IMG/VR virus record: IMGVR_UViG_3300010347_002503
Coordinates: 1-64,000 of that record
Strand: one strand, 5' to 3'
From: a virus
Lineage: Duplodnaviria > Heunggongvirae > Uroviricota > Caudoviricetes
DNA: 64,000 bases
Position numbers and translations under genes: made by a program. How positions within the stretch are numbered: the first letter of the stretch is position 1; every line of letters begins with the position of its first letter. Below are positions 15,215 through 22,752 of the stretch, piece after piece. The notes under the pieces are model-generated. The model had not been told where the DNA came from. It did no database searches and saw only the letters and a list, made by a program, of their open reading frames with translations.

Positions 15215-15310
15215 GGTAGGGTGGCAGAGTTTGGCTTATCGCATCCGACTTGAAATCGGAAGTCCCGGCAAAAACCGGGACCGGGGGTTCAAATCCCTCC
15301 CCTACCGCCA
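15215..15310 (+). tRNA. tRNA-Ser(UGA), class II
   Basis: Arm TCCGA-CTTGAAA-TCGGA; variable hairpin CCCGG...CCGGG; TTCAAAT; CCA. Confidence 0.85.
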
Positions 15311-15398
15311 ATTTATGTGGAACGAGCCAAGAACCAGATAAATGCGTGGTTCTTTGTTGTGTATGTCATCGTCATCGAGAACATAAAAACGAACTTAG

Positions 15399-15490
15399 GG
15401 AAGCGTGGCAGAGTCCGGTCTATTGCGACACTTTGCTAAAGTGTTGGGGTGTTACAGCCCCCGCTGGTTCGAATCCAGCCGCTTCCGCCA
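15399..15490 (+). tRNA. tRNA-Ser(GCU), class II
   Basis: Arm ACACT-TTGCTAA-AGTGT; variable hairpin GGGG...CCCC; TTCGAAT; CCA. Confidence 0.85.
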
Positions 15491-15644
15491 ATTCAAATGA
15501 AACCGTACTGTAAAGAAAAGTGTCCAATCACAAAAATACCACTTGGACGAAGGAAGATAGCGGGAATTCGAAAGTAAAACGTCTGCATCGTAGATGTTGT
15601 TTGCGATGGGATAAACACGCCGTAAAGTAGAAAGTAAGAGAACA

Positions 15645-15839
15645 ATGTTTTGGATTGGATTAGCATATTTGGCAATTGGATTCATTAGTGGCGTGTGGAT
15701 TCTTTTAACGCAACTTAATGACATTAAAGGCGTCGGGGAAGTTGTGGTTTGTCTGATTTGTAATATGGTTTTCTGGCCTTTCATATTGATATTGGCGGTG
15801 GCTGCCGGAAAAATGTTCAAAGGTATTGGAGGAAATTGA
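15645..15839 (+). CDS. small membrane protein
   Basis: Two hydrophobic helices. Confidence 0.35.
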   Translation: MFWIGLAYLAIGFISGVWILLTQLNDIKGVGEVVVCLICNMVFWPFILILAVAAGKMFKGIGGN

Positions 15840-16041
15840 ATTTATGCCTTATTGTTCATCATGCGGATCATTGATTCCAGAAGGACAAGGAAACAGTTGT
15901 TCGATGTGTTATGGAGATCCGTGGTATGGCCGGGATGGATATGCCCTGCGAGATTTAGAGCGTCAGATACACGAAGAACAGATTCGTCAACAGGAAATGG
16001 AAGAATATTGGCAGAATCAAGAATCGAATAAGGGCGACTAG
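15826..16041 (+). CDS. Zn-ribbon mini-protein
   Basis: CSSCGS...CSMC. Confidence 0.4.
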   Translation: MEEIEFMPYCSSCGSLIPEGQGNSCSMCYGDPWYGRDGYALRDLERQIHEEQIRQQEMEEYWQNQESNKGD

Positions 16042-16105
16042 TTTATCGGAAGAATGCGTCATTCACACTGACGAGAGACAGGTTCGATTCCTGTGTTGCC
16101 CACCA
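16032..16105 (+). tRNA. tRNA-Val(CAC)
   Basis: Arm CGTCA-TTCACAC-TGACG; T ACAGG-TTCGATT-CCTGT; CCA. Confidence 0.8.
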
Positions 16106-16157
16106 AACTTATGAGTTATAAAGTCAACGAAAGTTTCAACGAAATCATGATGCCGCT

Positions 16158-16469
16158 ATGTTGGGTGAGGTTCCTCAAATGAAAAAAGTAATCTATCTTC
16201 TCATTGTTCTTGTGTGGTTTACCATTGATATGAGAAACACTCTAATAGTGAATCGGCTTCAACGAGAGAATCGAGTTCTCATGACAAATAACGTCAATCT
16301 GGTTCTGTTGAACCAAGCTCTATCTAAGGGCGTGAGTGATATTGCAGATAAACTAATTGAAAAGGCAAAATGGGACGAACAAGTTGCGGCAAAATTTCGT
16401 GAATTTGATTCGCTTATGAAAGGACTATATGGACAAACAAATCAAGAGGTTTCAGGAGCAGTTCGTTGA
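16158..16469 (+). CDS. hypothetical protein (N-terminal TM)
   Basis: 103-aa ORF. Confidence 0.45.
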   Translation: MLGEVPQMKKVIYLLIVLVWFTIDMRNTLIVNRLQRENRVLMTNNVNLVLLNQALSKGVSDIADKLIEKAKWDEQVAAKFREFDSLMKGLYGQTNQEVSGAVR

Positions 16470-16689
16470 ATGTAGTGATGCTGGAATGCACAAACCGGGA
16501 GAACTTCAAAAGTTCAAAGACCATCCGGAAATGCTTCCAGCACCATGGCACAGGGCAGCGAAAATCGTTGCCGAGAAAATGAAGGGAGATCCGGATTTCG
16601 GATTGGCCCCTCTTCTATGTCTCCGTTTTGGCGGTGAGTGCAATTCAGGTAATCCCGGTTGCCGGAAACTGAGAGGATACACAGATTAA
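16429..16689 (+). CDS. hypothetical protein
   Basis: 86-aa ORF with a Cys-rich C-terminus. Confidence 0.4.
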   Translation: MDKQIKRFQEQFVECSDAGMHKPGELQKFKDHPEMLPAPWHRAAKIVAEKMKGDPDFGLAPLLCLRFGGECNSGNPGCRKLRGYTD

Positions 16690-16694
16690 CCAAT

Positions 16695-16768
16695 GGGCTG
16701 TTAGTTTAATAGTAGAATTCATCATTGACACTGATGAGACGGTGGAGCGTAACCACCATAGCCCACCA
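16695..16768 (+). tRNA. tRNA-Val(GAC), non-canonical T-loop AGCGTAA
   Basis: D GTTT-AATAGTA-GAAT; arm CATCA-TTGACAC-TGATG; T GGTGG-AGCGTAA-CCACC; CCA. Confidence 0.6.
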
Positions 16769-16772
16769 CTTT

Positions 16773-17051
16773 ATGACCAAAAAAGAAAAACTCAAAGCAA
16801 TTAATGAACGTCTGAAAGATTTGACGTTGGATAATGAACACATGGTTTCTGTACTTTTGATTGGCCATTATCTCGACAAAATGGCTAAGAAGGGACTTGT
16901 CGAGGCACCTTACTCATTTACAGACATGGGAAGTCGTGTTGCTTCCATTTGTGAAGAGTTTGATTGGGAAGTTACAGACGAAGAAATTCAACAGTTTTGT
17001 GAGGAATTAGTTCCCCCCCGAACAGAGAAACGCTTTTATTTACTTCATTAA
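16773..17051 (+). CDS. hypothetical protein
   Basis: ORF 16725..17051 trimmed to the first ATG after the tRNA. Confidence 0.45.
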   Translation: MTKKEKLKAINERLKDLTLDNEHMVSVLLIGHYLDKMAKKGLVEAPYSFTDMGSRVASICEEFDWEVTDEEIQQFCEELVPPRTEKRFYLLH

Positions 17052-17156
17052 AAAAGAAAGAGACAAAAATGAGTAGTTTACGATCATTGAAAAGACACCT
17101 AAACCCCCTGAATGTTTGGCGTGCAAAACAAAAAGTAATTCGAGAACAAGCAAAAA

Positions 17157-17498
17157 ATGAAAGTCAATCGAAGCAAGAAGAAATTACAAATCCGAGTGAG
17201 ATTGGAGAATCTGGGAACATCGTTTCCGCATCAGAATCTTCGCAAGCTTCTTGATTGGTTGACCGAAAAGGAGACGGAATACATTTCCAAAGGTTTTACT
17301 AATCTGGAGCTTCATTTTGATTCCGACTGGGATGGTCCAAGCGATTTGGTTATTTTTGGAACTCGTGAGGAAACCGAAGAGGAATACAACGCTCGTATGA
17401 GAGCAATTGCTGAGGAAGAACGTCAAGAAGCTTTCAGGATGCAAGAACATATGAAGTTTATCAAGGCGGAAGCAAGAAAACTAGGAATACTGAAATGA
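17157..17498 (+). CDS. hypothetical protein
   Basis: 113-aa ORF; overlaps the alternative 61-aa ORF 17069..17254. Confidence 0.35.
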   Translation: MKVNRSKKKLQIRVRLENLGTSFPHQNLRKLLDWLTEKETEYISKGFTNLELHFDSDWDGPSDLVIFGTREETEEEYNARMRAIAEEERQEAFRMQEHMKFIKAEARKLGILK

Positions 17499-17710
17499 AA
17501 AATAAATGGTTCTACGAAGAGATTCTCCAAAAGGCGGGAGATACGGTTATTGCTAGCGACATTCGTCCAGCTACAAAAGCTGATATTACTAAATCAAGGA
17601 CGCTTCACAAACAAGGCAAATGTCCCCACACAATCATTGTTGATACTGAAGGATGGCCTTATGATGTAAGAAATTGTGCCATTTGCGGAAAAGGATTGGG
17701 AATAGTATGA
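17495..17710 (+). CDS. Zn-binding mini-protein
   Basis: C...H...CAIC; ATGA overlap with the next gene. Confidence 0.45.
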   Translation: MKNKWFYEEILQKAGDTVIASDIRPATKADITKSRTLHKQGKCPHTIIVDTEGWPYDVRNCAICGKGLGIV

Positions 17711-18147
17711 GTAACATTGCCATAGACGATTCAATGGGCGATTTGATTGATGACACTTTGCAATTGGAATTTTTCAAAACACCCATGTACGAACATTTCG
17801 AAATCTATCCTCCTGATCCGAGGAAGGAATTCGAGGCTATCGACAAACCAATGTGGCATCCACTTTATTTTGTCGAATTCACTCGATGGAAGCCGGGGGA
17901 TAAGATGTACTGGCGGCTCTTCAAAAAGAACTTCATTGTTTCCAAGGAAGAATGGAACAAACTGGTTCTGGAAGACCCAGACCGTCTTCATCAATTGACC
18001 CTTACGGGCAACGAATACCACCCCTATCAGTTGGAATGTGGCGTTGTCAATGAACGAGAAGGAGTAGTCGATATGAATACGATGGAATTCCTCAAATTCA
18101 TGGTTGACGCCATCAACGACAGGGCCAGTACCCACGACATGTTCTGA
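17707..18147 (+). CDS. hypothetical protein
   Basis: ATGA-coupled start within ORF 17674..18147. Confidence 0.5.
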   Translation: MSNIAIDDSMGDLIDDTLQLEFFKTPMYEHFEIYPPDPRKEFEAIDKPMWHPLYFVEFTRWKPGDKMYWRLFKKNFIVSKEEWNKLVLEDPDRLHQLTLTGNEYHPYQLECGVVNEREGVVDMNTMEFLKFMVDAINDRASTHDMF

Positions 18148-18197
18148 GAAATGCTGGTGGAAGCCATAGGATGGGCAAAAAAAATCTCAAGATCCCA

Positions 18198-18225
18198 CTT
18201 GACTTTTTACTCAAAACATGTATAG
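18198..18225 (+). promoter_or_regulatory. sigma70-like early promoter TTGACT-N16-TATAGT ahead of a tRNA operon
   Basis: TTGACTTTTTACTCAAAACATGTATAGT, about 20 nt upstream of the tRNA at 18244. Confidence 0.5.
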
Positions 18226-18243
18226 TTATGTGCGTAATGATTA

Positions 18244-18321
18244 TCGGAGTGTAGCACAGCTTGGCGAGTGCGTCTGCTTTGGGAGCAGAAGGTCGTAGGT
18301 TCAAATCCTATCACTCCGACC
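18244..18321 (+). tRNA. tRNA-Pro(UGG)
   Basis: D GCAC-AGCTTGGCGA-GTGC; arm TCTGC-TTTGGGA-GCAGA; TTCAAAT; CCA. Confidence 0.8.
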
Positions 18322-18322
18322 A

Positions 18323-18400
18323 TGCGATTGTGGCACAGCGGCGACTGCGCCTCGTTTACACCGAGGTATCACCACAGGTTCGAGTCCTGTCAATCGCACC
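18323..18400 (+). tRNA. tRNA-Val(UAC)
   Basis: Perfect acceptor GCGATTG/CAATCGC; arm CCTCG-TTTACAC-CGAGG; TTCGAGT; CCA. Confidence 0.7.
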
Positions 18401-18407
18401 AATTTTA

Positions 18408-18481
18408 TGGGGCCGTCATTCAACGGGAGGATACAACTCTGGCAGAGTTGAGATAGGGGTTCGATTCCCCTCGGCTCCACC
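18408..18481 (+). tRNA. tRNA-Ala(GGC)
   Basis: Acceptor GGGGCCG/CGGCTCC (G3:U70); arm CAACT-CTGGCAG-AGTTG; TTCGATT; CCA. Confidence 0.75.
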
Positions 18482-18490
18482 AATTTAGTT

Positions 18491-18952
18491 ATGAAAAACA
18501 AAACAATTATCATTCTGTTGCTTCTGTTGGCTATTCTCACTCTGGGAACCATTGCTATCTCTATGGGAGCATCAGTAACTCTCGCATGGGATGGAAACTG
18601 TGATACGAATGTTATTGGTTATACCCTTTACTATGGCGGGCCAGCTACATCAATCAAAACAAACATTATTCGAGCTTACACAAATGATTGTGGAATTTTC
18701 ATCCCAAACAAAACGAACCTCTATTTCGGGGTGTACACAAACACACTAGAGATTAATGGTCGAACCAATAATATGTGTACCGTGAGCAACCTTACGGCTG
18801 GAGGTCAGTACTATTTTACAATAACGTCCAGAAGTAGAGATGGACTTGAAAGCGATTATGCCAATGAAGTTGGCTATTTGATACCGACAAATCTACCGTC
18901 TGGTATGCCTTCGGCGGTTTTGAATTTTCGGATTATCAAAATTGAACGTTAG
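18491..18952 (+). CDS. secreted FN3-like domain protein
   Basis: Signal peptide; W-D-x-N...GY.LYYG beta-sandwich signature. Confidence 0.5.
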   Translation: MKNKTIIILLLLLAILTLGTIAISMGASVTLAWDGNCDTNVIGYTLYYGGPATSIKTNIIRAYTNDCGIFIPNKTNLYFGVYTNTLEINGRTNNMCTVSNLTAGGQYYFTITSRSRDGLESDYANEVGYLIPTNLPSGMPSAVLNFRIIKIER

Positions 18953-18978
18953 ATTTTAACCTGACTATTTATAGACGT

Positions 18979-19326
18979 ATGAGAAAACTATTGACCACTC
19001 TCGTTCTGGTTCTCACCATCGCCATTACTGCTTTTGGTGAAGACATTTGGTTTACTTGGGATAAAAACCCCGCCAACGAGCTTATTGGCACCTATCGATT
19101 AGAATATATCAAACTTCCAGTGATTACCAATTGGACTTTATTAAGTAACATTCCCGGTACCACTAATGTTGCTGTTGTAAAAGGTGTCCAAGGCGGTTTT
19201 ACTTACAAATTCAGAATATTTGCTCAGAATTCAAAAGGTATTGGAACCAATCTTTCCAATATCATTGAAATTCCAACTAATGCACCAACAACAGTAAGCA
19301 ATTTTAACCTTACTACGCCTCGCTAA
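18979..19326 (+). CDS. secreted FN3-like domain protein (paralog of 18491)
   Basis: Signal peptide; FTWDKNP...YRLEY; preceded by CTATTTATAG. Confidence 0.5.
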   Translation: MRKLLTTLVLVLTIAITAFGEDIWFTWDKNPANELIGTYRLEYIKLPVITNWTLLSNIPGTTNVAVVKGVQGGFTYKFRIFAQNSKGIGTNLSNIIEIPTNAPTTVSNFNLTTPR

Positions 19327-19338
19327 TGCTAATCATCT

Positions 19339-19761
19339 TTGTTCAACTACTATTCTATGGTACATGATTTACCGTTTGGTAAATTCATAGATACCATGAG
19401 AATACAGCATAAATACTTAAGAAATCGTCACTTCCGATTGAAAAATTGGAAGCGCATTCGTAATACCGAACATCCATTCGAGACTGACATGCCTTGGTTT
19501 TTCTATAATTCGACGGAATGTTACTCAGCGGAAAAACAAATTGCCAATCACTTTGAGAGGATTACCAATCATGCTCGTGGCCTAGAAAGTGGTTTTAACC
19601 ATGTAGCACTGAACTACAAAAACGCTCCTTCCGATTATCGCCGTCGTTGTAATGCACGAGATAAGGCAAAGGTTCGTGCGGCGATGCAAAAAATTAACAA
19701 TGGACAATACGAGACCGAACTTCCGGTTTTCAAACAGGATGCGGGTTGGGACTATTGGTAA
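19339..19761 (+). CDS. hypothetical protein
   Basis: 140-aa ORF. Confidence 0.45.
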   Translation: MFNYYSMVHDLPFGKFIDTMRIQHKYLRNRHFRLKNWKRIRNTEHPFETDMPWFFYNSTECYSAEKQIANHFERITNHARGLESGFNHVALNYKNAPSDYRRRCNARDKAKVRAAMQKINNGQYETELPVFKQDAGWDYW

Positions 19762-19779
19762 AAAAGTTGTAGAAATCAC

Positions 19780-19807
19780 TTGATTTTTTTCTGGTTTCTG
19801 ATATAGT
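19780..19807 (+). promoter_or_regulatory. sigma70-like early promoter TTGATT-N16-TATAGT
   Basis: TTGATTTTTTTCTGGTTTCTGATATAGT. Confidence 0.45.
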
Positions 19808-19820
19808 TATTGACGATACT

Positions 19821-19836
19821 ACTAGCCTAGGCTAGT
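19821..19836. promoter_or_regulatory. perfect 16-bp palindrome ACTAGCCTAGGCTAGT (candidate operator)
   Basis: Exact inverted repeat between promoter 19780-19807 and the tRNA at 19843; overlaps a second TTGACG...TAGTGT promoter-like element. Confidence 0.4.
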
Positions 19837-19842
19837 GTGAAA

Positions 19843-19917
19843 GGGGTCATCCGTCTAACGGTAAGACGCCAGCTTTGCAAGCTGGAAATAGGGGTTCGAT
19901 TCCCCTTGGCTCCACCA
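19843..19917 (+). tRNA. tRNA-Ala(UGC)
   Basis: Acceptor GGGGTCA/TGGCTCC; arm CCAGC-TTTGCAA-GCTGG; TTCGATT; CCA. Confidence 0.8.
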
Positions 19918-19923
19918 ATTTAT

Positions 19924-20002
19924 AGCAGGTTGGAGAAGTCTGGCCTATCTCGCAACGCTCATAACGTTGAGAACCTTGGTTCGAATCCAAGACCTGCAAC
20001 CA
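19924..20002 (+). tRNA. tRNA-Met(CAU) (elongator or Ile2-type; A1:A72)
   Basis: D GAGA-AGTCTGGCCTA-TCTC; arm CAACG-CTCATAA-CGTTG; TTCGAAT; CCA. Confidence 0.7.
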
Positions 20003-20167
20003 ATTTTGTGAAGTTTGAATGCCAAGGTAAGAAGCAATATGAGTCTCAGGATGAAGCCAATCGGGAAGCATATCGGTTGATGGTTGAATCCCTGTCGAAC
20101 CAACCAAGTGTTCGGCCTTACAAGTGCAAATATTGCAAGAAATGGCATTTGACTTCTTTTAGATAAT

Positions 20168-20251
20168 GCTGCTGTGGTGGAATGGCAGACACGCCAGCTT
20201 GAGGTGCTGGTGGGGAAACCCGTGAAGGTTCAAATCCTTTCAGCAGCACCA
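20168..20251 (+). tRNA. tRNA-Leu(GAG), class II
   Basis: Perfect acceptor GCTGCTG/CAGCAGC; arm CCAGC-TTGAGGT-GCTGG; variable hairpin GGG-GAAA-CCC; TTCAAAT; CCA. Confidence 0.8.
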
Positions 20252-20256
20252 ATTTT

Positions 20257-20330
20257 GCCGGTGTAGTATAAAAGTATTACACTGCTTTGGTAAAGCAGAG
20301 AAGAGGGAGCGTTACCCTTCACTGGCTCCA
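20257..20330 (+). tRNA. tRNA-Thr(GGU), non-canonical T-loop AGCGTTA
   Basis: Arm CTGCT-TTGGTAA-AGCAG; T GAGGG-AGCGTTA-CCCTT; CCA. Confidence 0.6.
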
Positions 20331-20343
20331 TTTTTCGGAATTG

Positions 20344-20378
20344 GCCTTCATATTTATACGATATGAAGGCATTTTTTT
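20344..20378 (+). terminator. rho-independent terminator whose 3' arm contains the ATG of the downstream ORF
   Basis: GCCTTCATAT-TTATACG-ATATGAAGGC followed by ATTTTTTT; ATG 20363 lies in the stem. Confidence 0.55.
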
Positions 20379-20665
20379 ATGGTTTGACTCAATTCGTTCG
20401 GGATGATACGGGAGCATTATCATCCATGAGATTATTATTTTTGGCATGGGGATTTGCCGCTTTGGTAATTTGGGTAATAATCTGTTTGAAAACAGGTGCT
20501 ATTGCAGCGTTGCCGTGGTCTTTGACTTCGTTCATCATTAGTTTGGTAGGTGGAAAGGTTCTTCAAAGTTGGACCGAGAGCATTGGTCAACCTATAACCC
20601 CATCAGTATCACAACCGAAGATTGCTGTTGACAATACACCGAGAAACGATATAATGATGCCCTGA
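20363..20665 (+). CDS. small membrane protein (2 TM)
   Basis: 100-aa ORF with two hydrophobic helices; start is sequestered in the terminator hairpin. Confidence 0.4.
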   Translation: MKAFFYGLTQFVRDDTGALSSMRLLFLAWGFAALVIWVIICLKTGAIAALPWSLTSFIISLVGGKVLQSWTESIGQPITPSVSQPKIAVDNTPRNDIMMP

Positions 20666-21018
20666 TCTTTGAAATTTTGTCGTAAGCGAGTTCACGCTGG
20701 AAGGTTTGCCACAAGGCATTCACGCACCAGAGGAAGTTCGATACTCTACAGCAGCGGATTGGGAGGGCGCATTCTGAAAAGATCGCCCGAGAACACCACA
20801 ACGTAAGAGCAACCCGAAAAAGGCAAGGGTAGTGCTGCCCGTTATAAAGCCAAGGTTGGGGCACTCCGAATTACAATTTCGGAGCACGTCAAATGACGTG
20901 AGACAAATGTGAACATAAAACAGAATATCGGCTACGGCTGCGACAATATAACTCGATGTAGGAACTTAGTTCTGTAGATATCGAGTACAGGAGCGAGATT
21001 AAATACCTCGCTCCATCT

Positions 21019-21092
21019 GGGGTCATCGTTCAACGGTAGGATAAGTCACTCGCACTGACTAGATAGGGGTTCGATTCCCCTTGGCTCCACCA
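21019..21092 (+). tRNA. tRNA-Ala(CGC)
   Basis: Acceptor GGGGTCA/TGGCTCC; arm AGTCA-CTCGCAC-TGACT; TTCGATT; CCA. Confidence 0.8.
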
Positions 21093-21459
21093 GCTTAAAA
21101 GTTTTGCGTAGTCGCCGGATTGGAGTATTCTTTAACGGCTTGGGCGAAAGTGCCGCATCCCATGGGAAATAATAGCACTGACTACGTATTGGGGGGGTGC
21201 CAGAGAATTGCTGATCAGATGCTCAGATTATTTTGGGAATCCGACCAGCAATTTTTTTCTTGCTTTCTGGGCACTATTCTATTATATGTATGGACAGTTA
21301 AGTGTGCAGTTTAATTCTCGTAGTATGGATACACGAGATCGTCATGGACAAAAGTAGGGTGTTAAGTTCACCTCGAATACCGTGACAGGTGCCGTCACCG
21401 TAATGAAATGACGGCTTTGACGATGGGACAAGATTCTCATTTTACACTTAACTTATTAT

Positions 21460-21546
21460 GGCGGATTGCCAGAACGGTAATGGGCCTGCTTGGAAGGCAG
21501 AGGCACGGTTATCCGTGAACAGGTTCGACTCCTGTATCCGCCGCCA
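21460..21546 (+). tRNA. tRNA-Ser(GGA), class II
   Basis: Perfect acceptor GGCGGAT/ATCCGCC; loop TTGGAAG; variable hairpin CACGG-TTAT-CCGTG; TTCGACT; CCA. Confidence 0.8.
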
Positions 21547-21612
21547 ATTTTAAGATAATAGGTTGAACGTCAATATAAAAAATGTAAGACCTAAGTAATT
21601 TCTGAAACAATT

Positions 21613-21837
21613 ATGAGCACAAAAGCAAAACGAATTGGTGACGTTCAACGGGTTATTAACAAGAACCCGCATTGGGCCGCATTGTCTGAATACAATCATA
21701 TTCGGATTCAGTTTCCTGATGGCTGTGAACGAAGTCTTTTATTGACTGACAACGAATTGAAGCGAGCACTTGAAAGGGCAGACAAGAATCCAGAGGATTT
21801 GCCAAAGGTTTCTTGGCTTCGAGACATTCTCGATTAA
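21613..21837 (+). CDS. hypothetical protein
   Basis: 74-aa ORF between two Ser tRNAs. Confidence 0.45.
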   Translation: MSTKAKRIGDVQRVINKNPHWAALSEYNHIRIQFPDGCERSLLLTDNELKRALERADKNPEDLPKVSWLRDILD

Positions 21838-21839
21838 AC

Positions 21840-21930
21840 GGTAGGTTGGCCGAGTCTGGCTTATGGCACCAGTTTCGAAAACTGGAGTGGAGTAAACCCA
21901 CCGAGGGTTCGAATCCCTCACCTACCGCCA
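21840..21930 (+). tRNA. tRNA-Ser(CGA), class II
   Basis: Perfect acceptor GGTAGGT/ACCTACC; arm CCAGT-TTCGAAA-ACTGG; variable hairpin; TTCGAAT; CCA. Confidence 0.85.
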
Positions 21931-22033
21931 TTTCATACACCGATTTCATATCTTCCAACGGGAAAGAAAAAGTTTCAACATTTCTGTGGAAGTTATGTCA
22001 AACGCCTTTAGAGTTACTGAGAATAAGTTTAAC

Positions 22034-22492
22034 ATGAAACTAAAATTGTTATTGTCATTGGGTTTAGCAATTTCATTGGTGACTTCGGCTGTCGGAGGGG
22101 AAGTCCGAGGAATACGAAATAATAACCCCGGCAATATTAGAAAAAGTAACATCCAATGGAAGGGTGCAATTGGTGACGATGGGGTATTTGTAAAATTCGC
22201 CTCACCAGAATATGGTATTCGTGCTATGGCACGGATTCTCAGGGTGTACAATAACAAATATAAAATAAATACCGTTCGTGGTATTATTTCTCGATGGGCT
22301 CCTACATCTGAGAACCGAACGGATGATTATGTCGCTTTTGTTTCAAAAAAGATTGGAAAAAAACCAGACGAGCCAATAGATATAAACAACAAGCAAGAAC
22401 TTGCAAAGTTAATAACCGCTATCATTCAAAAAGAGGTAGGAAGGGTTCCCTATAATCATGTAACAATTTTGCGGGGTATAGAAAAACAATGA
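22034..22492 (+). CDS. secreted protein with RNNNPGNIR...W.G motif (possible cell-wall-active protein)
   Basis: Signal peptide MKLKLLLSLGLAISLVTSA; conserved NNPGNIR block. Confidence 0.45.
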   Translation: MKLKLLLSLGLAISLVTSAVGGEVRGIRNNNPGNIRKSNIQWKGAIGDDGVFVKFASPEYGIRAMARILRVYNNKYKINTVRGIISRWAPTSENRTDDYVAFVSKKIGKKPDEPIDINNKQELAKLITAIIQKEVGRVPYNHVTILRGIEKQ

Positions 22493-22719
22493 AAGAAGTT
22501 CGTACAATAACGGTTAATAACGAAACAGGGTTGCATTGCCGACCATCGGCATCTTTTGTTAAACTTGCCAACCAATTTGAATCGGATATTACGATTGAAA
22601 AGGATGGTGAATCCGTCAACGGAAAAAGTATTGTCGGGCTTCTCATGCTTGGGGCTGGTAAGGGATCCAAACTTCATATTTTGCCTCTACTGAATAATGG
22701 GCTTGACATTCCCTCCTAA
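22489..22719 (+). CDS. HPr-like phosphocarrier protein (PTS), C-terminally divergent or truncated
   Basis: Aligns with HPr: GLHCRPSASFVK (His15 site) and NGKSIVGLLMLG (Ser46 site); only 76 aa. Confidence 0.6.
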   Translation: MKEVRTITVNNETGLHCRPSASFVKLANQFESDITIEKDGESVNGKSIVGLLMLGAGKGSKLHILPLLNNGLDIPS

Positions 22720-22731
22720 ATGTGCTAGGAT
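22703..22731 (+). promoter_or_regulatory. sigma70-like promoter TTGACA-N17-TAGGAT
   Basis: TTGACATTCCCTCCTAAATGTGCTAGGAT upstream of ORF 22753. Confidence 0.35.
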
Positions 22732-22752
22732 GCCCTTACAAAGTAGAACACT

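Noticed and set aside
17069-17254. 61-aa ORF overlapping ORF 17157..17498.
   Set aside because: The two overlap by ~100 nt. The longer ORF was retained, and neither has homology support.
20666-21018. Group I intron hypothesis for the structured 350-nt region.
   Set aside because: There is no interrupted host gene or tRNA exon on either side, and no recognisable P7/P3 core by eye. Kept as an unclassified structured RNA instead.
21120-21314. 64-aa plus ORF (MEYSLTAWAKV...) after tRNA-Ala(CGC).
   Set aside because: It has no RBS, odd composition and overlaps a hairpin-rich region (CGTAGTC...GACTACG closure). It is more likely non-coding.
4393-21958. Numerous minus-strand ORFs of 60-140 aa (e.g. 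4393..4695, 5071..5286, 10115..10441, 11485..11901, 15027..15311, 21656..21958).
   Set aside because: They overlap plus-strand tRNA genes and contain the GFEP/GLEP/GSNP tetrapeptides produced by translating the reverse complement of GGTTCGAATCC T-loops. They are artefacts of the tRNA array.
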